IMG/VR virus record: IMGVR_UViG_3300031965_000051
Coordinates: 1 to 47,245 of that record
DNA: 47,245 nucleotides
From: a virus
Lineage: Duplodnaviria > Caudoviricetes
Reading direction: 5' to 3' (one strand)
The translations under genes were made by a program, and so were the position numbers. Below are positions 16,421 through 24,923 of the stretch, piece after piece (the stretch's first letter is position 1; every line of letters begins with the position of its first letter). The notes beneath the pieces were generated by a model, which did no database searches, was not told where the DNA came from, and saw nothing but the letters and a program-made list of their open reading frames with translations.

Positions 16421-17359
16421 GTGGGCGACGGATTGCCGCTGTTTGAACTGCGGCTGACGGACCGGCTGAGGTTGATCTACGACGCCGGCTTGCCCGCGAG
16501 GGAGCGTGCCGTGCTCTTGGCGCTGAATGAGTTCTACTCGGTCGAGGCGGGCGTCTGCTGGCCGAGCCACGCTCAGCTCGCGGCGAAGGCGGGCGTCAGC
16601 GTGCCGACCGTGAAACGCGCCCTCAAAGTTTTGAGGGGATCCGACACGGAACCTAAGATCGTCACGACTGAACCGACTAAGACCGCGATGGGGTTCCAAT
16701 CGGTGCTCCGCTACCGGATCGACTTCGAGTGTCTGCATCAAAAAGTGTTCGATCTTGCAGCAAGGTCACACAGAGCTACCGGTGAGGTCACCGTGACCCC
16801 ACCGCTAGGTCATGGTGAGCTAGCCGCTAGGTCACAGAGAGCTAGCACTAAGGAACCTCCCACTAGGACCTCCCAAGGTAACCAAGGTTCTAACCAGGAA
16901 TCTTTAGGGGGGGTGCGGGGGGGAATTGGGGGTCGGGGATCGGGGATCGGGGATCGGGAAGGCAGGTCCCCAGTCCGCGAGGCCGATGTCGCGGCGGTGT
17001 TGGGGCCCGTGTACCGGAAGCTCAGGCTCGCGCCGGGCGACGACGACTGCGTGCTGCGGCAGCTCGGGGCGATGGCGGTCGCCGGCCGCGCGCCGCCCGC
17101 GTGGATCCATGGCGCGGCACAGGCGACCCTCGACAAGTTGGGGCCGGCGCACCCACGGCGAATGGGTTACCTACTGCGCCTGGTCCGCTCGAGCGTCGAG
17201 GCGGCCGGGCTCGATTGGGAGGCGTTGTTGCGGCAGACGAAACCGCCGCCGCCCTGCTGCCTCGCCCGCGATCCGCCGGCGGCGGAGGTGGCGCGCGTGG
17301 CCGAGGCGACGGCAAGACGCGCTGCGGGCGCCCGTAGCCCGGTAGCCCGTAGCCTGTAG
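16421..17359 (+). CDS. Replication initiator with N-terminal HTH
   Basis: CWPSHAQLAAKAGVSVPTVKRALKVL...YRIDF (HTH_36-like); iterons follow in the linker region. Confidence 0.8.
   Translation: MGDGLPLFELRLTDRLRLIYDAGLPARERAVLLALNEFYSVEAGVCWPSHAQLAAKAGVSVPTVKRALKVLRGSDTEPKIVTTEPTKTAMGFQSVLRYRIDFECLHQKVFDLAARSHRATGEVTVTPPLGHGELAARSQRASTKEPPTRTSQGNQGSNQESLGGVRGGIGGRGSGIGDREGRSPVREADVAAVLGPVYRKLRLAPGDDDCVLRQLGAMAVAGRAPPAWIHGAAQATLDKLGPAHPRRMGYLLRLVRSSVEAAGLDWEALLRQTKPPPPCCLARDPPAAEVARVAEATARRAAGARSPVARSL
16763..16846. repeat. Putative origin: four 22-bp-periodic iterons (AGGTCA...GAGCTA)
   Basis: AGGTCA at 16763, 16785, 16807 and 16829, inside the initiator gene as in lambda O. Confidence 0.75.
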
Positions 17360-17386
17360 CCCGTTTTGGAAGCGGGGAAGTTTAGC

Positions 17387-19132
17387 GTGAATTTGAAAAT
17401 CGCAACGAACCTGACGCTGCCGGAGTCGTCGGTGACCGACACGTTCGCCATCCTCGGCAAGCGGGGCGTCGGCAAAACGTACACCGCCGCCGTGATGGCC
17501 GAGGAAATGCTCGGGGGCGGCTTGCAGGTGGTCGTCTTCGACCCGTTGGACGTGTGGTGGGGCTTGCGGTCGTCGGCAAGCGGGAAGGACGCGGGGCTGC
17601 CGATCATCGTCGCCGGCGGCGAGCGCGGCGACCTACCGTTGGCGGTCGAGTCGGCGGCGATCCTGGCCGACTTCGCCGTCGAGGAGCGGCAATCGATCGT
17701 GCTCTCGACCCGGCACCTCTCGAAGACCGGTCAGCGGCAGTTCATCGGCGCCTTCGCCGAGCGGCTCTACGAGCGGAAGGGGAAGGCGCAGCACCGGACG
17801 CCCTTGCACCTGATGATCGACGAGGCCGACGAGTTCTGCCCCCAGCGGCTCTACAAAGGGGTCGAGCGCTGCTTCGGCGCGGTCGATCAGATCGTCCGCC
17901 GGGGCCGGGCCTCGGGCCTGGGCGCCACGTTGATCACGCAGCGCTCGGCCGCGATCAACAAGGACGTGCTCTCGCAGGTCGAAGTGCTCGTTGCGCACCG
18001 GACGATCTCGCCCCACGACCGCAAGGCGATCGACGCCTGGATCGAGACGCACGATGCGCACGACCAGCGCCGCGAGTTCCTCGACTCGCTGCCGATGTTG
18101 GCCGTCGGCGAGGCGTGGTTCTGGTCGCCGGGCTGGCTGGATCTGTTCCGGCGGGTCAAGGTCCGCAAGCGGCACACGTTCGACAGCTCGTACACCCCGT
18201 CGGCCGGCGTGAAGGCGCGGGCGCCGAAGCGGCTGGCGGCCGTCGACCTGGAGCGGCTGCGCGAGCGGCTGGCCGACACGATCGAGCGACAGAAGGCCGA
18301 CGACCCGCGCGAGCTCAAGAAGCGGATCAGCGAATTGGAGCGCCAGGTCCGCGATCTGGAAAAGCGGCCGACGGAAACGAAGATCGAGCGCGTCGAGGTG
18401 CCGGTGTTTAAGAACGGTGTTGCGGATAGGCTGTATGACGTGGTTGGCAAGTTGCGGGTGTCGATCGACGTGCTCACCACGTTGCACGATGGCATCGACA
18501 GCGACGTGCGCCACGCCGACCAGATCGTGAAGCGGAGGGCGGGGGCAGAGAAAGGACCCGTGCAGGCCACGGCCCCACGGCTACCGGCGATGCCTACCAG
18601 CAGGCCGGCTCGCGCCCCCGCCGCTTCGACACGGATCAGTGAGTCGGAGTTCCCCGCCGAGCTGAACGACTATCAGCAATCGCTTTTGCAGGTCTTGATC
18701 GATCGACACCCGATCCCGACTCCCCGCGCGCAGCTCGGCGGGTTGGCGGGCAAGTCGATCAAGTCAAGCATGTTCAGCCCCAACCTCCGTGGTTTGGTCG
18801 AGCGGGGCCTTGCGGTCGATACGCGGCAGGGGTACGCCGCGACCGACGCCGGGTTGGCGGCGCTGCCGGGCTACACGCGGGCGCCGGCGCAGGGCGGGGC
18901 GGCGCTAGCGCACTGGCTCGGCCGGCTGCCGACCTACCACGCCACGATCCTCAAAGTGCTGGCGGCTCACTTTCCCCACCCTCTCTCTCGCGATGACATC
19001 GCCGATCGGACGGGCTACAGCCAGCAATCGAGCATGTTCCGGCCGGCGATCCGCGACTTGTTGGAGCAGCAGTTCGCCGTCGAGGTCCGTGACGGCGGTT
19101 ACACGGCGGCAGCGTTCTTTTTCGAGGACTGA
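17387..19132 (+). CDS. HerA/DUF87-like P-loop ATPase with C-terminal winged-helix repeats
   Basis: Walker A GKRGVGKT, Walker B LMIDEAD, RRGRASG and ITQR motifs; start 17366 or 17387. Confidence 0.85.
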   Translation: MNLKIATNLTLPESSVTDTFAILGKRGVGKTYTAAVMAEEMLGGGLQVVVFDPLDVWWGLRSSASGKDAGLPIIVAGGERGDLPLAVESAAILADFAVEERQSIVLSTRHLSKTGQRQFIGAFAERLYERKGKAQHRTPLHLMIDEADEFCPQRLYKGVERCFGAVDQIVRRGRASGLGATLITQRSAAINKDVLSQVEVLVAHRTISPHDRKAIDAWIETHDAHDQRREFLDSLPMLAVGEAWFWSPGWLDLFRRVKVRKRHTFDSSYTPSAGVKARAPKRLAAVDLERLRERLADTIERQKADDPRELKKRISELERQVRDLEKRPTETKIERVEVPVFKNGVADRLYDVVGKLRVSIDVLTTLHDGIDSDVRHADQIVKRRAGAEKGPVQATAPRLPAMPTSRPARAPAASTRISESEFPAELNDYQQSLLQVLIDRHPIPTPRAQLGGLAGKSIKSSMFSPNLRGLVERGLAVDTRQGYAATDAGLAALPGYTRAPAQGGAALAHWLGRLPTYHATILKVLAAHFPHPLSRDDIADRTGYSQQSSMFRPAIRDLLEQQFAVEVRDGGYTAAAFFFED

Positions 19133-19136
19133 GGCG

Positions 19137-19352
19137 ATGGCTGACACTGACCAAAAACAAGACACGGCGCGTGAACTTGAAGATCACGCAGTTGAAACGC
19201 CGCACTACACGATTGAGTGTGCCGTTTGCGACACCGAGGTTGACGACGACTCGGAGTATTATGTCGCCCATCACGCGGCCCTCTCAGGCTGGCGGGTGAT
19301 CGCCGGCGAGCCGCTCTGTCCCGAGTGCGTCTCCAAGCGAAAAGGCGGGTGA
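19137..19352 (+). CDS. Small Zn-finger protein
   Basis: CAVC...GWRVIAGEPLCPEC. Confidence 0.7.
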   Translation: MADTDQKQDTARELEDHAVETPHYTIECAVCDTEVDDDSEYYVAHHAALSGWRVIAGEPLCPECVSKRKGG

Positions 19353-19356
19353 GGCG

Positions 19357-19548
19357 ATGGAAGGTAGCCAGCTCGACCTGTTTGGCTTTGACGAAATCGA
19401 TGCGGACGAATGCCCGGCGGACCACGAGTCGCCGGTAGTTGACCGGATCGTGTGTCCGGCATGCGGCGCGCACCTGCTCTCGCTGCTGCCGGATTACAAC
19501 GACCCATTCGAGTGCGACCAGTGCGGCGCGAAGACCGGGGAGGGGTGA
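19357..19548 (+). CDS. Small Zn-ribbon protein with N-terminal QLDLF motif
   Basis: CPACG...CDQCG; begins MEGSQLDLFGF. Confidence 0.7.
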   Translation: MEGSQLDLFGFDEIDADECPADHESPVVDRIVCPACGAHLLSLLPDYNDPFECDQCGAKTGEG

Positions 19549-19790
19549 TGGCAAAACAACCGTGTAAGTGTGGGCGCCGGTGGTTTCCGCGCTACAAGAG
19601 CCAATTCGGCTACGCGCCGATTTGTCCCGGCTGCAACCGAAGCGTCGCGAAGTGCGACTGTGAGCCGGTCGCACGGGGAACCGAGCTTTGCCGTTGTGGG
19701 CGGGAGCCAGTGGGTGACTATTGCCCAACGTGTAGTCAGCGGCGCCGGTTCTGTTGTTGTCCGCACGTCCGCGCGGCCGGGGAGGGGTGA
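19548..19790 (+). CDS. Small Cys-rich protein with a duplicated CxCG...CPxC...CxC module
   Basis: TGATG coupling; CKCG...CPGC...CDC then CRCG...CPTC...CCC. Confidence 0.65.
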   Translation: MAKQPCKCGRRWFPRYKSQFGYAPICPGCNRSVAKCDCEPVARGTELCRCGREPVGDYCPTCSQRRRFCCCPHVRAAGEG

Positions 19791-19794
19791 TGCC

Positions 19795-20232
19795 ATGATC
19801 TGCGAAATTATCAACCCAAGCGACCCGTACACGCTGGAGACGGACGATTTTCTTTGCGCGGCGGTTGCCATTGGGATTCTGGGAGGCGGAAAGCTCGGAT
19901 TAGAGTGCGGCGAACAGGCGACGCCGGTGATGTTTGGCTGGGACGAGTGGCTCGCCAGTTACATCCAAGACTTTTCTGAATACTGCAACGCGAATTCAGG
20001 GCGGATGGCGGACATTCTGGATTCCGTCATGATCGGTGGCGTCAAAGAACGCGCCGAGGTTGACGACGCACGCAGGAAGATGTCGCCTGGCGACTTCGAG
20101 TCCTGGTTTTCGAATCGGCACGACGCGCGTCGGAGTTCTTTGAACGATATCGGCAAGGCTGCAAAGGAATTGGCGGCGCGTTTACGTCGTCGGGCCGATG
20201 AAAAGGCCGTCCGCAAGGCCGGGGAGGGGTGA
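19795..20232 (+). CDS. Conserved phage hypothetical protein (EIINPSDPYT...RRSSLNDIG)
   Basis: GGAGG SD in the junction motif; natural composition. Confidence 0.7.
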   Translation: MICEIINPSDPYTLETDDFLCAAVAIGILGGGKLGLECGEQATPVMFGWDEWLASYIQDFSEYCNANSGRMADILDSVMIGGVKERAEVDDARRKMSPGDFESWFSNRHDARRSSLNDIGKAAKELAARLRRRADEKAVRKAGEG

Positions 20233-20444
20233 TGGCTGACGATATGCAAAACATCAGATGGATTTACGCGGGGAACAGCAGCGGATGCATCAACGAAACG
20301 CTCGCCCCGACTCGCAAGAAATGCCTGGAAAAGCTGTCGGCGCTCGACTTGCGGTGGAAGGACAGTCCAGAACTCAAGGTCGAGCCGGAAGCGATCAAGT
20401 TGGTGGGCAAGCCGATCCGCGTCCGACTGGTGCCGGTGCACTGA
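20232..20444 (+). CDS. Small hypothetical protein
   Basis: TGATG coupling through the shared junction motif. Confidence 0.6.
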   Translation: MADDMQNIRWIYAGNSSGCINETLAPTRKKCLEKLSALDLRWKDSPELKVEPEAIKLVGKPIRVRLVPVH

Positions 20445-20454
20445 GGAAAAAGTG

Positions 20455-21015
20455 ATGAGCGGGATCAATTGCGAACGGTGCGACGCGCGGTGTCGGATCG
20501 CCCCGAAACCGGGATCGAAGGCGCGAATGCTCAAGCGAGGGAAGGGCGCCGGGCTCTGCGTCAACTGCGCCACGCACGACTTCCTGCGGCACACCTATCC
20601 CGCGAATCTACAGCTCGCCGCCTCGGGCCCGAAGGTATTGCTCAATCCCGATATTCGCGAGCTGTTCGCCGACATCATGCGGACGGCTGGCGCCGACGCT
20701 GAGCCGGACGAGATCAACTGGAACCTGATCGTCGAGAACTGGGAGCTGCCGTGGCGGCACAGTATGAAGTCGAGTGGTACGAATCAGGTGACCGAAGCGG
20801 AAGTGGAGCGAGCGAGACGGGAAGGGTTTCGACCCTATCGGCATCAGGGAACGATTACCAAGCCGCTGAAGACTGTGTACTACGGACTTGATGAATTGAA
20901 GGCGGACCATCCCGACCTTGCCAGATTGATTGAGGGCATTCAGCGGCGCGGAGATCAGCCAAGCCTTCCGGATCGCGACGATCCGCCGCCGACGCAGGGG
21001 ATGCTGTTTCGCTGA
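20455..21015 (+). CDS. Zn-finger hypothetical protein with C-terminal QGMLF
   Basis: CERC...CVNC; GAGGA SD. Confidence 0.65.
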   Translation: MSGINCERCDARCRIAPKPGSKARMLKRGKGAGLCVNCATHDFLRHTYPANLQLAASGPKVLLNPDIRELFADIMRTAGADAEPDEINWNLIVENWELPWRHSMKSSGTNQVTEAEVERARREGFRPYRHQGTITKPLKTVYYGLDELKADHPDLARLIEGIQRRGDQPSLPDRDDPPPTQGMLFR

Positions 21016-21051
21016 TTGCTGACCGCTTTTCCAAACCGAAAGGAGTCGCGC

Positions 21052-21261
21052 ATGTTGGTATTGACCCGCCGCCACGGTGAGGCGGTGTGCTTGAGCGACG
21101 GCGTGCGGATCGTCGTCCTCCAGATCAGGGGCTCGCAAGTGCGGATCGGCATCGAGGCGCCCTCCGACATCGACATCCGCCGCGAGGAGGTGATCGGGCG
21201 GGACGCACGGTTCGCCGAAGACGGGCTGCGGGCTACGGGAAGACAGACGCCTGTAGCCTGA
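21052..21261 (+). CDS. csrA: Carbon storage regulator CsrA/RsmA homologue
   Basis: MLVLTRRHGE...VRIGIEAPSDIDIRREEV signature; AAAGGAG SD. Confidence 0.92.
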   Translation: MLVLTRRHGEAVCLSDGVRIVVLQIRGSQVRIGIEAPSDIDIRREEVIGRDARFAEDGLRATGRQTPVA

Positions 21262-21360
21262 AGCCCGTAGTCCGGAGCCCGTATTACGGTGCGTGCAAGC
21301 ACACACCCTACGTCTTCCCGACCCCCGACCCCCGACCCCCGATCCCTAACCCCCAGTCCC

Positions 21361-21579
21361 ATGAACGACGACGAATTCTTTTTCGGTTTCCGACAGGGCG
21401 GGCACTCGTTCGTGTTCGTCGGCGATGAGGGTTCGCTCGACCAGCTCGTCATGCGCAGCCTGGCGTGGGCGTGGGACCCGGAATTGACGTTCGAGATGCG
21501 CGACGCCTTTCAGCTCGCTCATAATGTCAAAGAGGTTCGCCGGATCCAGAAACTCCGGCGGGCGGGGAAGAAGGACTGA
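21361..21579 (+). CDS. Small hypothetical protein
   Basis: MNDDEFFFGFRQGG...WAWDPELTF; natural composition. Confidence 0.6.
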   Translation: MNDDEFFFGFRQGGHSFVFVGDEGSLDQLVMRSLAWAWDPELTFEMRDAFQLAHNVKEVRRIQKLRRAGKKD

Positions 21580-21908
21580 TGAAACCCGGCGATGGCGCGG
21601 AGCGGGGAGCGGGGAGTGGGGAGCGGCGCGATCGGGCTACGGGAAGACAGGCGCCCGGAGTCAGCAGCCCGTAGCCCGTCTTCCCGTCTTCCCGTCTCCC
21701 CGATCCCTAACCCCCAGTTCCTGTCACCACTTCTGCGAATTGTAACTATTTCCGTTGCGGCCGGCCGTTACATTTGTTTCAGTCTCTCTCGGCCCTTCCG
21801 CGGGGCCGCGATCGGCAGGTGTTTTTGCGCCGCGCCTCCAGGGAACGGAACAGACGCGCCAGGAACACGCGGAACTGCCGATCAATTTCACATCAGCAGC
21901 GAGTCGCC

Positions 21909-22790
21909 ATGCGCATCTACCTGGCGGGCTCGGCGGCGGCGCGCTACCGGGTCGCGATCTACGCCGCCGATCTGGAAAACCTGGGGCACCGGGTGACGAG
22001 CCGCTGGCACCGGCGCAGCGACCCGCACACCGATTCGGTCCTCTACACGAGCCAGCCGAATCGGGTGGCGGAGCTGGCGCGGGAAGACTTTCGGGGGATG
22101 CTCGAGGCCCACGTCCTGCTCGCCTTCACCGAGACGCACATCAACCCTTTACGCTCGGGAGGCGGCGGCGTGGAGCTGGGCATCGCCCTGGCGCTGGACA
22201 AGCCGGTCGTCGTCTACGGCGATCTTTCGCTGCGCTGGCACTATCTCGGCGGGGCGGGCTTCGACGTGCACACGGCTGCGAATTGGTCGGCGTGTCTCGA
22301 CCGCCTCGCCGAGATCGAAAAACAGTATGACCGACGCCGAACACTTCGAGCTGATTCGCGATCTCGGCAAGCGAATCGACGCAAGCCACACCGACCTCTC
22401 GCGCCAGATGGGCGGTCTGGCGATCGACCACGCGAGCTTGAGGCAAGCCTTGCGGCCCTTGGTCCGGGCGACGGCGGACCACCGGCACCGGCTGAGGAGC
22501 CTCGAGCGCTGGCGGTGGAAGCTCGCCGGGATGATGGTCTGCCTGACGGGTCTGGCGGCGGGGGCGCTGAAGCTGCTGGCGGCATGGTGAAACAGGCTGC
22601 GGACTCCGGGCTCCGGGCTACGGGAAATCAGATACACTCGACCGGCGCCGGTAGCCCGAAGCCTGTAGCCTGTAGCCGGAAATCGCTCTGGTGCCGGTTC
22701 GGGCTCCATCAGTGGACGAAAGTGACTCAAATCCGCGGCACGATGTATTTGCGCTGCCAAGTCTGTGGCCGCGATCGCTACCAATTGTGA
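21909..22790 (+). CDS. Nucleoside 2-deoxyribosyltransferase-like protein; the frame runs on into a C-terminal Zn-finger peptide
   Basis: MRIYLAG...D...G...VELGIALALDKPVVVYG; the domain ends near 22330 but there is no stop until 22790. Confidence 0.7.
   Translation: MRIYLAGSAAARYRVAIYAADLENLGHRVTSRWHRRSDPHTDSVLYTSQPNRVAELAREDFRGMLEAHVLLAFTETHINPLRSGGGGVELGIALALDKPVVVYGDLSLRWHYLGGAGFDVHTAANWSACLDRLAEIEKQYDRRRTLRADSRSRQANRRKPHRPLAPDGRSGDRPRELEASLAALGPGDGGPPAPAEEPRALAVEARRDDGLPDGSGGGGAEAAGGMVKQAADSGLRATGNQIHSTGAGSPKPVACSRKSLWCRFGLHQWTKVTQIRGTMYLRCQVCGRDRYQL
22327..22590 (+). CDS. Coiled-coil protein with C-terminal TM (XhlA/holin-associated type)
   Basis: RLRSLERWRWKLAGMMVCLTGLAAGALKLL. Confidence 0.65.
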   Translation: MTDAEHFELIRDLGKRIDASHTDLSRQMGGLAIDHASLRQALRPLVRATADHRHRLRSLERWRWKLAGMMVCLTGLAAGALKLLAAW

Positions 22791-22880
22791 TTTTGTGAAC
22801 CACCCCTCCTTGGGACGGGGCCGGTCGGCGGGTTGTCCCGCAGCCCGTCGCCGGCCCGTTTTTCTTTTTCGGAGCACACG

Positions 22881-23114
22881 ATGGCAACAGCCCCAACGTC
22901 CCCAAAATTCTCGCTCAGCGGCGCCGACTTGAAGAAGGTGTTGTCCGGCCTCTGGCTGGCGGCGGCCGCCGGCGCCGTCGCGTACCTGACGCAAAACGTC
23001 GAGGCCTTGGGCGACCTGGTCGGCCGCGACTCGATGCTGTACGGCGTCGTGATCGCCGTCGTGCCGTTGGCCTTGAATACGCTCAACAAGTTTTTGCGCG
23101 GGACCGCGAAATGA
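22881..23114 (+). CDS. Holin-like protein with two TM helices
   Basis: GGAG SD; two hydrophobic helices and a basic C-terminus. Confidence 0.6.
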   Translation: MATAPTSPKFSLSGADLKKVLSGLWLAAAAGAVAYLTQNVEALGDLVGRDSMLYGVVIAVVPLALNTLNKFLRGTAK

Positions 23115-23416
23115 GTTGGCTTCGGGCCGTTGGCGCGTGGGCGCTGTCGCTGTTTCTCGGGGTCGCTGGTGTCGGCACCGTTTTGAAGTCGATTCGATGG
23201 GGCGCCGAGGGCGCGGCCAGGTGGCTGCGCCTCAAGGAGCGAAAGGAGCGGCTGGGCGATGAACGCGACGCGCGCAAACGAGTCGAGGGGTTGGTCGTCG
23301 ACGTTGACGAGGGCGGTCGCGACGCCGAAGCGCGGCTTAATCGCTGGCTGGCTGCTGGTCGCGCTGGCCGGCTGCGCGACCTGCTTCCCGGCGACGACGA
23401 GGACGCCAGAGATTGA
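23111..23416 (+). CDS. Inner-membrane spanin-like (Rz-like) protein
   Basis: N-terminal TM followed by a charged helix; overlapped by a lipoprotein gene. Confidence 0.5.
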   Translation: MSWLRAVGAWALSLFLGVAGVGTVLKSIRWGAEGAARWLRLKERKERLGDERDARKRVEGLVVDVDEGGRDAEARLNRWLAAGRAGRLRDLLPGDDEDARD

Positions 23417-23609
23417 AACCGTCGACGTGGCGAAGTCGTTTCAATACGTCTCGCAAGGAGACGTGGTGCAAACCGACGGATGGCTGGTGCCCAAGCCGCT
23501 GATGAAGGAGCTCGTGCCGTATCTCGACGGCTTCTTTCGACGGCGTGGGATCGACGTGCCGCAGGAGAAGCCGGCCGTCGACCTCGAAGGGGAGCTTGGG
23601 GAGAAGTGA
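23259..23609 (+). CDS. Lipoprotein, outer-membrane spanin-like (Rz1-like)
   Basis: KRGLIAGWLLVALAG-C lipobox encoded out of frame within the 3' end of the previous gene. Confidence 0.55.
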   Translation: MNATRANESRGWSSTLTRAVATPKRGLIAGWLLVALAGCATCFPATTRTPEIETVDVAKSFQYVSQGDVVQTDGWLVPKPLMKELVPYLDGFFRRRGIDVPQEKPAVDLEGELGEK

Positions 23610-23646
23610 CGTTCGAGTGACGCAAGGACGCAAGGGAGGTGAGGAG

Positions 23647-24060
23647 GTGAAGACGGCGGAAAAGAGAAGGGTGTTGCCGCTCACGCCGTATCAGGCACTC
23701 GCGCTCGGGAAAGCAAAGAAGGCGATTGCCGATCGGCGACGCGATGAGGCCGAGGCGTGCGTGGACAAGGCGATCGACTTCGCGGTGCACGTGCACGGGC
23801 ACTTGAGCGTCGGCGAGGACACGACGCTGAGTACGGCGAAGGCCCTCGACCCGTGGGTGTTGATCGAAAGCCTGATGCGGCTGGGTGGATTCAACCTGCG
23901 CAACGCGGTTCGGCAGGCCTTCGCGGGCAAGACGCCTGGCTACGACGAAATGAAAAAGACGGTCGAAGCCGACTACGCCGAGCTTGGGCTGCGCGTGACG
24001 ACGCCGAAACGCGGCAGCGTGACGGGGAAGATCGCGTTCGACAAGGTGTCAATAGTGTAG
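23647..24060 (+). CDS. Hypothetical protein
   Basis: GGAGG-rich SD and GTG start; natural composition. Confidence 0.65.
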   Translation: MKTAEKRRVLPLTPYQALALGKAKKAIADRRRDEAEACVDKAIDFAVHVHGHLSVGEDTTLSTAKALDPWVLIESLMRLGGFNLRNAVRQAFAGKTPGYDEMKKTVEADYAELGLRVTTPKRGSVTGKIAFDKVSIV

Positions 24061-24240
24061 TGTTCTCGCTTTCTGGGAAACCCGGGGAAACGGCTCCGGG
24101 GTCCCCCCCCGAGCCCCCCCGAGGCGCGCGTTTGGGGTTTTGCGTTTTTTTTGTCGATACGGGGGAAAAAATTTCGTTGTTGTTGTTGCGGTAGATGTGC
24201 GGAAAGCCTTGATCTAACGTCACTTAGGGAGATCAGGCCC

Positions 24241-24426
24241 ATGCGTGAGACGGTGCACGTCGGTTTGCGGGTTCCCGCCAATCTGCGGGACCAGATGAAG
24301 GCGGCGGCGGCCTCGGCCGGCCTCTCGGCGAACGATCTCTGGCGGCGGTCCGCCGAGCGGGAGTTGTTGCGCCGCCGGACTTTAAGTCGCCTCGTCGCCT
24401 GGCTGCGTGGTCGCCTTGGTTGGTAG
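24241..24426 (+). CDS. Arc/CopG-like ribbon-helix-helix protein
   Basis: VHVGLRVPANLRDQMKAAAASAGLSANDLWRR. Confidence 0.7.
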   Translation: MRETVHVGLRVPANLRDQMKAAAASAGLSANDLWRRSAERELLRRRTLSRLVAWLRGRLGW

Positions 24427-24429
24427 CGC

Positions 24430-24921
24430 ATGGCCCGCACGGTTCGCACGTTCGCCGAAGTGGCCCAGGCCCTCGGCGTCTCGGAGTCGCGGGTCGGCTG
24501 GTGGAAGAAGCAAGGGGCGCCGATCAAGGTCGGAGGACCGAACGACCTCGATCGCATCAGCGAGTGGCGGCGCGACTACGAGGCGAGCCACGGCAAGTCG
24601 GACCACTCCGGCCTCGACGACGCCGACGCCAAGGAGCTTCGGCGCCAGATCCTCCGCGAAGACGCCGAGGGCAAGCGTCTCGCGAACCAATCCCGCAAGC
24701 TAAAGCTCGCCCGCGAGGCGGAGCGGCTGGTCAACCGCGACGAGTTCCTCGGCCTGTACCTGGCGGAAGTGAAGCGGTGGCGCGACCAGATCCGTGGCCG
24801 ATTGGTCGAGCTCTTGCTGGCCCGGCTGCCTGACGAGTGGCAGACGCGACTGCGCCCCGAGGTCCGCTCAGACGTCGACCGGTTTTTAAACGAGATGCCC
24901 GAAGGCGGAAAGGAACCCTAG
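24430..24921 (+). CDS. Terminase small subunit (Nu1-like)
   Basis: N-terminal HTH (EVAQALGVSESRVGWWKKQGAP), coiled coil, LVNRDE; upstream of TerL. Confidence 0.8.
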   Translation: MARTVRTFAEVAQALGVSESRVGWWKKQGAPIKVGGPNDLDRISEWRRDYEASHGKSDHSGLDDADAKELRRQILREDAEGKRLANQSRKLKLAREAERLVNRDEFLGLYLAEVKRWRDQIRGRLVELLLARLPDEWQTRLRPEVRSDVDRFLNEMPEGGKEP

Positions 24922-24923
24922 CG

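Noticed and set aside
18695-18711. Self-target for guide 6
   Set aside because: Only 13/17 (spacer B 9/9), within chance range; by-eye searches for guides 1, 2 and 4 gave 11/17 or less and were not exhaustive.
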